46,371 bases of DNA from Trichormus sp. ATA11-4-KO1 (GCA_019358915.1 JAHHIM010000008.1:1-46371), one strand, 5' to 3'. Numbered from the stretch's first letter, positions 9,482-19,553 are shown. The notes: generated by a model from the sequence alone, not told the origin. Numbers and translations: made by a program.

Positions 9482-10996
9482 ATGGTACAAACTTTTTACG
9501 TAAATCCAGTGATAGGCAGTGATACCAACCCTGGTAGCCAACAAGCCCCTTTCAAAACACTTACGCAAGCCCTCAAGGTTGCCACACCTGACACCAAGAT
9601 TCAACTAACAGATGGTAATTATAGCGTCGCTAGTGGTGAAGCTTTTCCTTTAACAGTTCCAGTTGGCGTAACAGTAGTAGGTAATGAAGCCAACAAAGGT
9701 AGCAGCATATTGATTGAAGGAAGTGGTAACTATCTCAGCCGCACTTTTGCTGGTCAAAACGTGACTTTTGTGTTGCTGAATAACGCCGAACTCCGAGGAG
9801 TGACTGTGACAAATCTAGCTAGCCGAGGTAGTGGTGTCTGGATTGAGTCAAGTACTCCCACTGTTGCTAATAATACTTTCACCAACTGTAAGCGTGAGGG
9901 AGTATTTGCTACAGGCGATGCTAATCCAGTTATTCTAGGTAACGTGTTCACTGAGAATGCAGCTAACGGAATTGCGATCGCTAAAAATTCTCAAGGTCAA
10001 ATTCAAGGTAACACCTGTCACAACACAGGTTTTGGTATTGCAATTAGTGATGCCGCATCACCCACTCTTTTAGATAATAAAATTTACGAAAACCGTTCTG
10101 GAATTATCGTCTCTGGTAGTGCGCTTCCCATCCTGCGTAATAATCTCATTGAAAACAACACTGACGATGGTCTAACGGTAATTGCAACTGCCTTACCGGA
10201 TATTGGCAATACCAACACCCCTGGGGGCAATATTATACGCAATAACGGTAAATTTGATTTGCAAAATGCCAGTTCCAACAAGTTGGTGTCTGTCGGAAAT
10301 CAACTAGATCCAAATAAAGTGACGGGAAATGTAGAGTTTGTAAATCTTCAGGTTCCAACACCTACACCAACACCTATACCTACACCAACACCTATACCAA
10401 CACCTACACCTACGCCTACCCTTGAATTAACCGATATTGGTAATCATTGGGCGGCTGCGTTTATTCGGGAATTAGTCAAACAAGGGATAGTTAATGGTTT
10501 TCCCGATCGCACATTTAAACCAGATGCGACAATGACACGGGCGCAATACGCTGCATTAATGGTAAAAGCTTTCAACCCACCTGTTAAACGCTCTGCTATT
10601 AAATTCAAGGATGTACAAGAAAGTTTCTGGGCATTTCAGGTAATTCAACAAGCCTATCAAGGACAACTTCTCTCTGGTTATCCCGACAATAAGTTTGGCC
10701 CCAACCAAAATATCCAGCGAGTGCAAGTGCTTGTTTCACTGGTAAATGGACTGGATTTATCTACTGATGATACAACTGCCATTAAAACTTTCGATGACCA
10801 GGTGAAAATTCCTAGCTATGCTAAGAATGCAGTAGCAACAGCCACTCAAAAGCAACTCATCGTCAACTACCCAAATCTTAAGCAACTCAACCCCACTCGC
10901 GATGCCACACGGGCAGAAGTTGCAGTGATGGTGTATCAAGCTTTAGTAGATGCTGGTCGTGTAGCGGCAATTAACTCACCTTATTTGGTGACGTGA
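9482..10996 (+). CDS. DUF1565 / parallel beta-helix protein with Pro-Thr linker and SLH domains
   Basis: YVNP..GSD.NPGS..APFKT N-terminus; beta-helix repeats; (PT)n linker at about 10354-10420; HWA..GFPDRTFKPD..TRAQ SLH motifs. Confidence 0.88.
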   Translation: MVQTFYVNPVIGSDTNPGSQQAPFKTLTQALKVATPDTKIQLTDGNYSVASGEAFPLTVPVGVTVVGNEANKGSSILIEGSGNYLSRTFAGQNVTFVLLNNAELRGVTVTNLASRGSGVWIESSTPTVANNTFTNCKREGVFATGDANPVILGNVFTENAANGIAIAKNSQGQIQGNTCHNTGFGIAISDAASPTLLDNKIYENRSGIIVSGSALPILRNNLIENNTDDGLTVIATALPDIGNTNTPGGNIIRNNGKFDLQNASSNKLVSVGNQLDPNKVTGNVEFVNLQVPTPTPTPIPTPTPIPTPTPTPTLELTDIGNHWAAAFIRELVKQGIVNGFPDRTFKPDATMTRAQYAALMVKAFNPPVKRSAIKFKDVQESFWAFQVIQQAYQGQLLSGYPDNKFGPNQNIQRVQVLVSLVNGLDLSTDDTTAIKTFDDQVKIPSYAKNAVATATQKQLIVNYPNLKQLNPTRDATRAEVAVMVYQALVDAGRVAAINSPYLVT

Positions 10997-11253
10997 TCGG
11001 CACAAAACTGTTTTACTTCCATTATCAAATAGTAGAATTAACTCGCTACTTTGATACTAGATAATTTTCAGTTAAGTAGAATGACTTGAAAAAACCAAAC
11101 TATGTAAAGTAATGTAAATTGTTGAAATTCAGTTCGTAGTCAAGACTTTAGTCCTGATTTGATAACTGTTGTAACACAATTACATATTAGCCTTTGCATA
11201 GCTGCTAACTGATTCGCTAGGCTATTGATATCCTTTTTTTTCTCAGGCGCGCT

Positions 11254-11742
11254 ATGGATGTTGAAAGCAAAGCCACCGCCCCAACCATGATAAATAATAT
11301 GGAATTTGCTCAACCAACTACTGCTCGTCAGCCACTGGAGTTGCTGCGATCTACTGAGGCTTTGCTACGTCGCCCTACTGTAGCGACACTAACGCTGATA
11401 TTACCACCCAAGCTCAGCAACAAATTGCAAGTAGCTTCAACTGTGGCTGATAACGCCTTCAAGGAACTGGCAAACATCAATCTGGAGCAAATTAGCGACT
11501 TTGACCTACGACCTGCACGGATTTGTATTGGCTTGAGCTTTGTTGGTTTTGGGGCGCTGATGATACTTGTGCTACTGCTTTACTTGAACACGTTGCATCC
11601 AGCACTCAACACGATTGAGCAAATTCGCCAATACTGGTATCAATATGTTTGGTTTGTCAGCTTGGGTGTAACAGGAATGTTTATTCTGGGTCGAGAAGCG
11701 ATGCGTCCTGTTTCAAAGGCTAAAAAATTGCCAAAACGGTAA
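11254..11742 (+). CDS. Hypothetical membrane protein (2 TM)
   Basis: 162-aa ORF with two hydrophobic segments. Confidence 0.7.
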   Translation: MDVESKATAPTMINNMEFAQPTTARQPLELLRSTEALLRRPTVATLTLILPPKLSNKLQVASTVADNAFKELANINLEQISDFDLRPARICIGLSFVGFGALMILVLLLYLNTLHPALNTIEQIRQYWYQYVWFVSLGVTGMFILGREAMRPVSKAKKLPKR

Positions 11743-11834
11743 TTGCTCAATGACATCTTTTGAAGAAGAATAGGAGGAATTTTTCAACTGTCTGGGATGC
11801 ATGTTACATTTGATTTAAATTAGTAAAAATAATG

Positions 11835-12488
11835 GGTTCTTCAGGAACTTTTATGGAGAATTAACAGAAAAGTGCCAGTTTAATAAACTGCGTAATCTAA
11901 AATTACTAAAGTTACGAAAGCCATACCCAAGTCTTTTAATTAACTTGAGTTTATTATTAATTCCCTCTACAGTACCACTGGTAGTTTTTCCGTCAAAATA
12001 ATCAACTATTTCACCGAACCATCTCACCATTGTACCTAGAGCTTTGGGAAAATATATACGTGCTTCATACATCCAATCTAACAATTTTGTTATGCTATCT
12101 CCCCAAAATGTAGTTGTTTCAAATATTTGCCGAAATTCTTCTTTAAGTGCGTGCATTTTGGCTAGATTAGGCGACACTTCTCGGACAGATTTTAATTTGA
12201 TTGTCTGCTTTTCGTTTAAGGAATCTTCATTTTTTAGTAAGCTATATTTACTTTGATTTAATGCCGCTAATTTGAGTGTTTTTGCTGATTCATCTTCTAA
12301 CGACATAGCTGCTTTTTCTCAGCTTTCCGCATTGTATCTAATTCGTCTGTAACTTGTTTCATTACATGAAATCTGTCAGCCGTGATATTAGCATTTGGCA
12401 TTAATTCTTCCACTAATTTTTTATAAGGCAACCAGAGATCAATACTCACTTCTTCTATTTGATTCAGTACATCAACTCCCCAACCAAC
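11835..12488 (-). mobile_element. ISL3-family remnant (5'-truncated, frameshifted transposase)
   Basis: Upstream frame has VSIDLW..ADRFHVMK; frameshift at an A-run near 12315; downstream EGINNKLKLIKRLGYGFRNF; terminus GGTTCTT at 11835. Confidence 0.88.
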
Positions 12489-13052
12489 TTAGATTGTCAA
12501 CTCGCGCCAAGTTCTGGGGCCAACTATTCCATCTACTGCTAACCTTCGCTGGTTTTGGAAGGCTTTAACAGCTGTTTCTGTCAGTGGACCAAACGCCCCA
12601 TCAACTCGAATGGCATAGCCATTAGAGACTAAAAGTCTTTGCAAAACTCTGACAGAAGTACCTGAATTACCAAAACGCAGAATTGGCATAGGTTGGCCAC
12701 TAAACCTTTGAGGTCGTGCTGCTACTTTTATCCCTGCTTTGACTGTGGCTTGGGCATAGCGGGCTTTAGCTAAGGTCAACGAACCTTGAGACAGATGCTT
12801 TTGGGAAATTTTCTGAAGGATTTTGTCTTGCTCTAATTGAAGTGCGGATAAAGTCGCTGAGGAAGTTTCATCTGTCTGGATGAATTCAGGTGGTGTGATT
12901 TGGGTATTTGGAGCTAATTGAGTTAACTTACTCTGTGTTAACTTCGGCAAGCTATTTTCCATTAGAAATGGTTGCTGCTTCGGTAAATTATTGGGCAAAG
13001 AAGCTGGTCTTGTAGTTAATACGCCCGACATCAGCAGGCCAATTTCACTCAT
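12489..13052 (-). CDS. Peptidoglycan-binding domain protein
   Basis: LRFGNSG..VRVLQRLL..DGAFGPLTETAVKAFQ..DGIVGPRTW (PG_binding_1). Confidence 0.88.
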   Translation of the reverse strand: MSEIGLLMSGVLTTRPASLPNNLPKQQPFLMENSLPKLTQSKLTQLAPNTQITPPEFIQTDETSSATLSALQLEQDKILQKISQKHLSQGSLTLAKARYAQATVKAGIKVAARPQRFSGQPMPILRFGNSGTSVRVLQRLLVSNGYAIRVDGAFGPLTETAVKAFQNQRRLAVDGIVGPRTWRELTI

Positions 13053-13107
13053 GGTAATTCATTTTACTAACACCCTGATCTCTCTTGACAAACAAACTTG
13101 TTGCTAG

Positions 13108-13113
13108 TCCGGA
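13108..13113 (-). promoter_or_regulatory. Candidate DIF1 motif TCCGGA
   Basis: Intergenic TCCGGA 56-61 bp upstream of the ATG at 13052. Confidence 0.5.
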
Positions 13114-13705
13114 ATAGTTTATACGGATAAATACAAAAAAAATGATGTAATAATTTTTTAGAAAAGTTTTACCCATAAATAGTTGAACATGACAATTGTC
13201 ATCAAAGCTACATGCTTATTGATAATTTTTTGGCTTCATTACAATAACTAAAACTATTTCATAGAAGAGTTGATTTGGCAGCATCTTATTTTGGCAAATT
13301 TAATTTTACGCAAGTTAAATCTACAGTAGCCTATTACTCGCTTTCTTCCCCCCAAAGTCGCATTAAGTTACTAAGTAATTGAAGACACTAAATAAACATA
13401 TTTATCAAATAATTTAGTCAGTAATCAATTGTATCAAACACTAAAATCAACTTGAACAACGATGGTAAAACATGAAGTCTCCAAAAGTTTATCCAGTAAT
13501 TCTTTTCCGGCGATACATGACGCAAATATCATCCGAAATCTAAAATTTAAAATCTAAAATAGTATGATTAATAACCATTTGGGGGGATCAAAGTAATATA
13601 AAATTTTGTGCAGTTTTTAACCGCAATTAAGTTATTGATTGAGAAAATATCACTTTGTGACTGCCAACTAAGTAAGAAAAATTACTACCCATTCTTACCT
13701 CAATC

Positions 13706-13746
13706 AAAAAAAGCGATCGCTCTTAAGTTTAACCGAGAGCGATCGC
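13706..13746 (-). terminator. Intrinsic terminator built from two HIP1 sites
   Basis: GCGATCGCTCT..AGAGCGATCGC stem followed by a U-run on the minus strand, just after the antiporter stop. Confidence 0.7.
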
Positions 13747-13758
13747 CTCTAAAACTAA

Positions 13759-14850
13759 CTATCCAATACCATCGATGACTGGATGAAAGTAGAAGGCCAA
13801 TCCCAGCACTGTATAAGCGGCTAAGAGTAAAGTGCCTTCTAACCAATTAGACTTACCATCAGAACTAATGCTATTAGCAATCAGCACTGATACAGCCACA
13901 GCAACTAATTCAAAGGGATTGAAATCCAAATCCATTGGTTGACCGAGTACCCACCCCGCAATCACTAAAACAGGGGCGACAAATAAGGCAATCTGCATAC
14001 TTGAACCTACAGCCACCGATAGGGAAAGATCCATCTTATCTTTCATGGCCACGGTGACTGCGGTGGCGTGTTCAGCAGCGTTACCCACGATAGGAACCAA
14101 AATCACACCTGTAAACAGTGATGTCAAACCTAATTGAGATGTGGCTACTTCTAAAGAACCCACCAACATTTCCGATTCCAGTGCCACCAGCAGAGTACAT
14201 ACTAGTAGCACCCCACTCCACAGCAAAATGTTAGGTTTAGTATGAGGGGGTTCCTCTGCTTCTATCTCTGCTACACCCACATCATATAGATAAGCGTGAG
14301 TTTTCATCGAAAATAGCAGCGTCAAAGCATAGACCAAAATCAATACTACTGCAACAGCAAGCGACAGATTTTGCAGAGTTTTTTCACTAATTCCTATAGA
14401 GGTGTAGTTCATTGCTGTTGGCAACAAAATGGCAATCACCGCCAAATTCATCGATGAAGCATTCACCCGCGCCACAATTGACTGAAATGTTTGTTCTTTG
14501 TAGCGCAGTCCACCCAAAAGCATGGAAAAACCCATCACCAGTAGTAAGTTGCTGATAATCGAACCTGTGATACTGGCTTTGACTACATCCACCAACCCGG
14601 CGTTTAAGGCAATTAAAGCTATAATCAGTTCCGTGGCGTTGCCAAAGGTGGCATTTAAGAACCCTCCCAGTGTGGGGCCCACTACGACAGCAATTTCTTC
14701 TGTGGCTGTACCCATCCAAGCGGCTAAGGGCAAAATTGCTAATCCAGCTGTGATGAAAACGATCAATTCTCCCCACTCCAGAAAGTGAGCTGCTAGGGAA
14801 ACCGGGATAAACAGTAAGAAAACGAGAAAAATAGCGTTTTTAACTGACAT
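13759..14850 (-). CDS. cax: Ca2+/H+ antiporter (CAX/ChaA family)
   Basis: Alpha repeats FGNATELI and VGNAAEH; GSSMQIALFV. Confidence 0.92.
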   Translation of the reverse strand: MSVKNAIFLVFLLFIPVSLAAHFLEWGELIVFITAGLAILPLAAWMGTATEEIAVVVGPTLGGFLNATFGNATELIIALIALNAGLVDVVKASITGSIISNLLLVMGFSMLLGGLRYKEQTFQSIVARVNASSMNLAVIAILLPTAMNYTSIGISEKTLQNLSLAVAVVLILVYALTLLFSMKTHAYLYDVGVAEIEAEEPPHTKPNILLWSGVLLVCTLLVALESEMLVGSLEVATSQLGLTSLFTGVILVPIVGNAAEHATAVTVAMKDKMDLSLSVAVGSSMQIALFVAPVLVIAGWVLGQPMDLDFNPFELVAVAVSVLIANSISSDGKSNWLEGTLLLAAYTVLGLAFYFHPVIDGIG

Positions 14851-14960
14851 TTACTACCTTAAAGTGAGAATAGCAGTGAAACATAAGGGACTTGCAAGTA
14901 AAAAATCACCACTCAATCTTAGACAAAAAGACAAAGGCGAATTCTTTACTTAGGAAGGAA

Positions 14961-15035
14961 GCACTCAGCACTCCCCTTCGACTTCGCTCAGGGCAAGCGC
15001 ACTTAGCACTCAGCACTGAGAAAGCACTCAGCACT
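14961..15035. repeat. SDR embedded in CACTCAG heptamer repeats
   Basis: 14963-15015 matches the reverse complement of 40818-40870 at 50 of 53 nt. Confidence 0.85.
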
Positions 15036-15480
15036 ATTCAAAACTCTAGGATACTCTCAAGTGTTCACAGTTCCATTCAGAGATTGTACTGTTTCTAGTC
15101 TGGTGCAAGATATGTAAAATAAAATTGCAATATATGGAGTTTTTGCAATCTTTCGTAGTAAAAATATCAAATTGAGCCAGTATTTCATGCCAAATATAGG
15201 GTTTAATAAATGAAAAGACAATTAATTTTTTTACTGGCTTTGTCAACGAAAAAACCCAAACTGAGGCGTTGTTCAATGGCTGATTATTGCGAGTAATCTG
15301 GGAAATGGCTGTGCGATAACGCAGATTTCCCACTCTAGTCAGACAGCTTTTTTGGAGATTTAACTGTATTCTATACCCATAGTTTTCCTATATACCGGAT
15401 TTTGTGTTAAAACCTCTGTAGAAAGGTTTAAATGCCAGATTTTCGGCGCAAATGTAAGTTTTTTGTTTGGATAAATATAC

Positions 15481-18153
15481 ATGACTTCTGCTGCTGAAAT
15501 GCCAGCTAGCTCTGGCTCGACATTTACATCACATTTAATTCCCAAAGATCATCACCAGACTGATCCCCTGAAACAGGCAACTGGTGTTTATGTGACGGTG
15601 CATGGTCATTTTTACCAGCCACCAAGGGAAAACCCTTATTTGGACGCGATTGAACGCCAACCTAGTGCCGCACCTTTCCATAATTGGAATGAACGCATTC
15701 ATTGGGAATGCTATCGCCCAAATGCCTTTGCCAGGATCTTAAACGACCGGGGCGAAGTAGTGGGGATCGTGAATAATTACGAATATTTTAGTTTTAATAT
15801 AGGGCCAACGCTGATGTCGTGGCTAGAACGCTATGATTTAGAGGTTTATCAGCGCATTTTGGAGGCGGACGCTAAAAGTTCCCAACGCTTGCAAGGTCAC
15901 GGTAATGCGATCGCGCAAGTATACAATCACATCATCATGCCTCTGGCCAATGAACGGGATAAATACACCCAAATTCGCTGGGGCAAAGAAGACTTCCGCT
16001 CCCGTTTCGGCCGCGATACCGAAGGGATGTGGCTAGCAGAAACAGGTGTAGACTATGCCACTTTAGAAGCCTTGGTTGCCGAAGGAATTCGCTTCATTAT
16101 CCTGGCACCCTCTCAGGCACAGCGTTGTCGTCCCCTACCAACTGAGGATGATCCCCACCCACAATGGCATGAAGTTGGCGGGAGTCAAATTGATCCCACC
16201 CGCCCTTATCGCTGTTATTTAAAGTCAAAACTCAGTACTGCGGCTTCACCCCTCAGCACGATTAAGGAAGAGAGTGGGGATCATAGGGACTCCCGTCCTT
16301 ACATTGATATCTTTTTCTACGATGGCCCGATTTCGCGGGACATGGGTTTTAGTGATGTTGTCTATAACTCCAGTCACTTTGCCGGACGCATCGGTTCCGC
16401 AGTCCGTGGGGATCACCGTCCAGCACAATTAATTTCGGTGGCCACAGATGGAGAAACCTTTGGACACCATAAGAAGGGAACTGAGAAAACTTTAGCTTAT
16501 GCCTTTATCGGCGAGTTTCCCAAGCACGGGTGGACGGTGACGAACTTTGCTCACTATCTCAGCCTGAATACTCCTACCTGGGAAGTAGAATTAAAGCCAG
16601 TCACAGCTTGGAGTTGCGCCCACGGTGTCGGCAGATGGCAGGATGACTGTGGTTGCGGTGGTGAAGGTGGTGTGTGGCATCAGAAATGGCGTCGCCCGTT
16701 GCGGAATGCTTTAAATTGGCTCCGGGATCAGCTAATTGAAGTGTATGAGGAACATGGTAGGCAACTATTTCGTGATCCCTGGCAAGCACGCGATGAATAT
16801 ATTCAAGTCATGCGCGATCGCTCTCCTGCCAATGTTAACCGTTTTCTCTCTCGCCATCAAACCCACAAACTTACAGCAGCCGAACAAGTAGATGCTTTAC
16901 GCTTGTTGGAAATGCAACGTCATGCTTTGCTGATGTTCACCAGTTGTGGATGGTTTTTTGAAGAAATTTCTCGCCCAGAAGGAACGCAGATTCTCCGCTA
17001 CGCCGCCCGTGCTTTGGAATTGGCTGGAGATGTGGCGGGTGTACAGTTAGAAAAGAGTTTCCTCAAACGCTTGGGTTTAGCCCCCAGTAATGTGGATCTC
17101 TTCAAACATGGTGCAGAAGTTTATCGGCAAATGGTGCAAACTGCCCAAATTAGCGTTAAGCAAGTAGCAGCCCATTACGCCATTACTTCCCTGTTTAACA
17201 GCCAGGAATCGACACTCAGCACTCATAAAAAGCGAGTTTATTGCTACACAGTCAATGAGATAGATTACCAAATGCAACGCATGGGATCATTGACTTTAGC
17301 TGTAGGTCATTTGAAGCTAGTATCAGAAATTACCTGGGAAAGTGAAAGTTTAGTGTTTGCGGTTCTGCATTTGGGAGGCTGGGATTTCCACTGCTGCACA
17401 CAACTATTTACTGGACGACGTGACTACAGTCAATTGAAGGAAAAATTATTTGGGATATTGCAACAAGCGAGTGCATCTCAAACAATATTGGCAATGACGC
17501 AGTTATTTAGAGAAGAGACTTTCAACTTGCAGAATCTCTTTGCCGAAGAACGCCACCGGATTATGCGTCTGCTAAGTCAGGAAACGCTGACACGTTTAGA
17601 CCAGCTTTATACCCAAGCATACCGGGATAATTATGGCGTGCTGATGGCCTTTCACCGGGATGAATTAGAGGTTCCCCAAGAGTTGCAAGTAGCAGCAGAG
17701 ATTGCTTTAGGTTATCGCTGTATGATGACATTGCGATCGCTAGAGCAAGACATCACCGAACCGTTATTAAGTTTAAATCACATTGTCGAATTAGAAGCGA
17801 TCGCCACTGAAGCTAAACATTTGCGTTGTCGGCTCAATATTCCCGAAGGCAAGCAGATATTAGAACAATTAATTGTGCGATTACTCTGGCAATTGTTACA
17901 CGATGCTAATGGTACTTTTGCTACAGAAATTCAATGTTTAGAAAGGTTGATTGATGTCGGCTATCAGCTAAATATTGGTATTTCTTTGCACCGATCCCAA
18001 GAGCTATACTTCAGTTGTCTTCACAGTCACATTGTGCCGTTGTGTCTCACTACTCTTGCCAATAAAGAAGACAATAATCAATGCCGTCAGTTGCTCAAGT
18101 TAGGGCAAAAGTTAGCCGTTGATGTCAGCAAGGTTTTGAGTCAGTTTGATTAG
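15481..18153 (+). CDS. Glycoside hydrolase family 57 with DUF3536 domain
   Basis: HGHFYQPPRENP, WLAET, TDGETFGHH, SCAHGV.RW and MFTSCGWFF motifs. Confidence 0.9.
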   Translation: MTSAAEMPASSGSTFTSHLIPKDHHQTDPLKQATGVYVTVHGHFYQPPRENPYLDAIERQPSAAPFHNWNERIHWECYRPNAFARILNDRGEVVGIVNNYEYFSFNIGPTLMSWLERYDLEVYQRILEADAKSSQRLQGHGNAIAQVYNHIIMPLANERDKYTQIRWGKEDFRSRFGRDTEGMWLAETGVDYATLEALVAEGIRFIILAPSQAQRCRPLPTEDDPHPQWHEVGGSQIDPTRPYRCYLKSKLSTAASPLSTIKEESGDHRDSRPYIDIFFYDGPISRDMGFSDVVYNSSHFAGRIGSAVRGDHRPAQLISVATDGETFGHHKKGTEKTLAYAFIGEFPKHGWTVTNFAHYLSLNTPTWEVELKPVTAWSCAHGVGRWQDDCGCGGEGGVWHQKWRRPLRNALNWLRDQLIEVYEEHGRQLFRDPWQARDEYIQVMRDRSPANVNRFLSRHQTHKLTAAEQVDALRLLEMQRHALLMFTSCGWFFEEISRPEGTQILRYAARALELAGDVAGVQLEKSFLKRLGLAPSNVDLFKHGAEVYRQMVQTAQISVKQVAAHYAITSLFNSQESTLSTHKKRVYCYTVNEIDYQMQRMGSLTLAVGHLKLVSEITWESESLVFAVLHLGGWDFHCCTQLFTGRRDYSQLKEKLFGILQQASASQTILAMTQLFREETFNLQNLFAEERHRIMRLLSQETLTRLDQLYTQAYRDNYGVLMAFHRDELEVPQELQVAAEIALGYRCMMTLRSLEQDITEPLLSLNHIVELEAIATEAKHLRCRLNIPEGKQILEQLIVRLLWQLLHDANGTFATEIQCLERLIDVGYQLNIGISLHRSQELYFSCLHSHIVPLCLTTLANKEDNNQCRQLLKLGQKLAVDVSKVLSQFD

Positions 18154-18176
18154 GACTTTTACACTAAATATCAAAG

Positions 18177-18203
18177 AAACCAGCGCGCTGCGCTGGTTTT
18201 TTT
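18177..18203 (+). terminator. Intrinsic terminator
   Basis: AAACCAGCGC-GCT-GCGCTGGTTT followed by a T-run after the GH57 stop. Confidence 0.8.
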
Positions 18204-18272
18204 ATGCACCAAATTAGTCCGTTTAGTCCACTAGAAAAATCATCCCTTGATTCAGCAACGCCTCATTTTTTA

Positions 18273-18520
18273 ACCCTCTTCTGTCACTCTTCGGAATAAG
18301 CAATTAGTAAAGAAGCTAAATCATCCAGAAGCATAACAGGGTTTAAATTGATTCATTTCATCGTATAAACGCTAAAAATAATCTCCCACCATCTCTCAAT
18401 ATGTTGGAAATTAGTGAACCGATAATCTGTCCAGCCCAGTTCCTGCTTACACTGTCGAAAACCATATTCTACCCAGGTTCTTAATCCATACAGGTCACCC
18501 AAAGTCTTCTTCAGATTCCC
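18273..18520 (-). mobile_element. IS701-family transposase 3' remnant
   Basis: YGLRTWVEYGFRQCKQELGWTDY..IERWWE motif, joined out of frame to a tail MNQFKPCYASG*; putative end CCCTCTTCTGTCACT. Confidence 0.8.
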
Positions 18521-18561
18521 TTGAAGAAGGCAGAAGTACGTTCGTGTAGCGTCCCGTAGGG

Positions 18562-18715
18562 AAGGCAGAGGGCATTCGGGAAGAATTTGATGAGGCATTC
18601 AGACCCCCACCAAATAAGTGCCACTGAATCTAGGATTTCAGTGGGGGACTCAAACCCTTGCTCCCTCCGGTCGCGGCAAAGGGCAGGAGGTAGTATTCCG
18701 AATGCCTCCTGCCTT
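18562..18715. mobile_element. MITE-like element with 18-bp imperfect terminal inverted repeats
   Basis: AAGGCAGAGGGCATTCGG / CCGAATGCCTCCTGCCTT (16 of 18 match); internal stem CCACTGAA..TTCAGTGG. Confidence 0.6.
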
Positions 18716-18730
18716 GCTGCCAAAGGCGGC

Positions 18731-19246
18731 TTTGATTACGTAAATCAACAGCAGTTGGCAGACCCATTAACTTGCTTGGGTGATGGACATCCAGGAATTT
18801 GGCAAATAATTCGACAATTTAATTGTCCTGGGGAGAGACGCGAGATTTTAGATTGGTTTCATCTCGTGGAAAATCTACATAAAGTAGGTGGTTCTCTCAA
18901 ACGACTCAAAGCTGCTGAAAGTTTTCTTTGGCAAGGAAAAGTTGATGAAACTCTCGCTCTATTCTCTCCACTTAAAGCTAAAGCGGCTTAAAACTTTTGC
19001 CAGTATTTGTCAACCCATCGACATCGAATTGTCAACTATGACTATTATCAAACCGAAAATATTTGTTCTATTGGTTCTGGTGCTATCGAGTCTACTATTA
19101 AACAGATTGATCGGCGATTAAAAATCTCTGGCGCACAATGGAATGAATCTAATGTCTCTCAAGTCCTCATGCATCGCTGTGCTTATCTTAATGACAAGCT
19201 TTAGGTGCTGTTAGTTCTTTTGTTCTAACAAAGTTGAGATGCTCCC
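18731..19246 (+). mobile_element. ISKra4-family transposase 3' remnant with an internal stop
   Basis: CLGDGHPGIW, EILDWFHLVENL, in-frame TAA at 18989, IGSGAIES..RRLKISGAQW; end CAAAGTTGAGATGCTCCC. Confidence 0.85.
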
Positions 19247-19553
19247 GATCAGTTTTGCTTATCATCCTCTGCTCCAATTATCAAGTTGACCAAATAGACG
19301 ACTTTGTAGCGCAGCTTTAGGAAACTTAAACAAATATAGTCTAGCAGTGATTCACAAACTATATATAGTTATCAGCATTCTAAAAAATAGATTGTTTTGA
19401 CAATATTGATAATTGTGCAACAATTTTGTCTATCAGTGTAATATACTTGGCAAGGCTGAGATAAAAACTAAAGGATTCTGTTCCTATTAGCTCAATGTCA
19501 GCTAAAATAAAATCGATTCAACTACTTCAACCATTCATTTTCTATCTAAGTTG

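Noticed and set aside
11170..11184. TGTAACACAATTACA as an NtcA site
   Set aside because: Spacing is GTA-N7-TAC, not N8, and it lies in repeat-like sequence.
15394..15399. ACCGGA upstream of GH57 as a DIF motif
   Set aside because: One mismatch and no independent support.
18587..18730. N-terminal part of ORF 18587-18991 and ORF 18511-18723 as real proteins
   Set aside because: They are translations of the non-coding MITE-like element.
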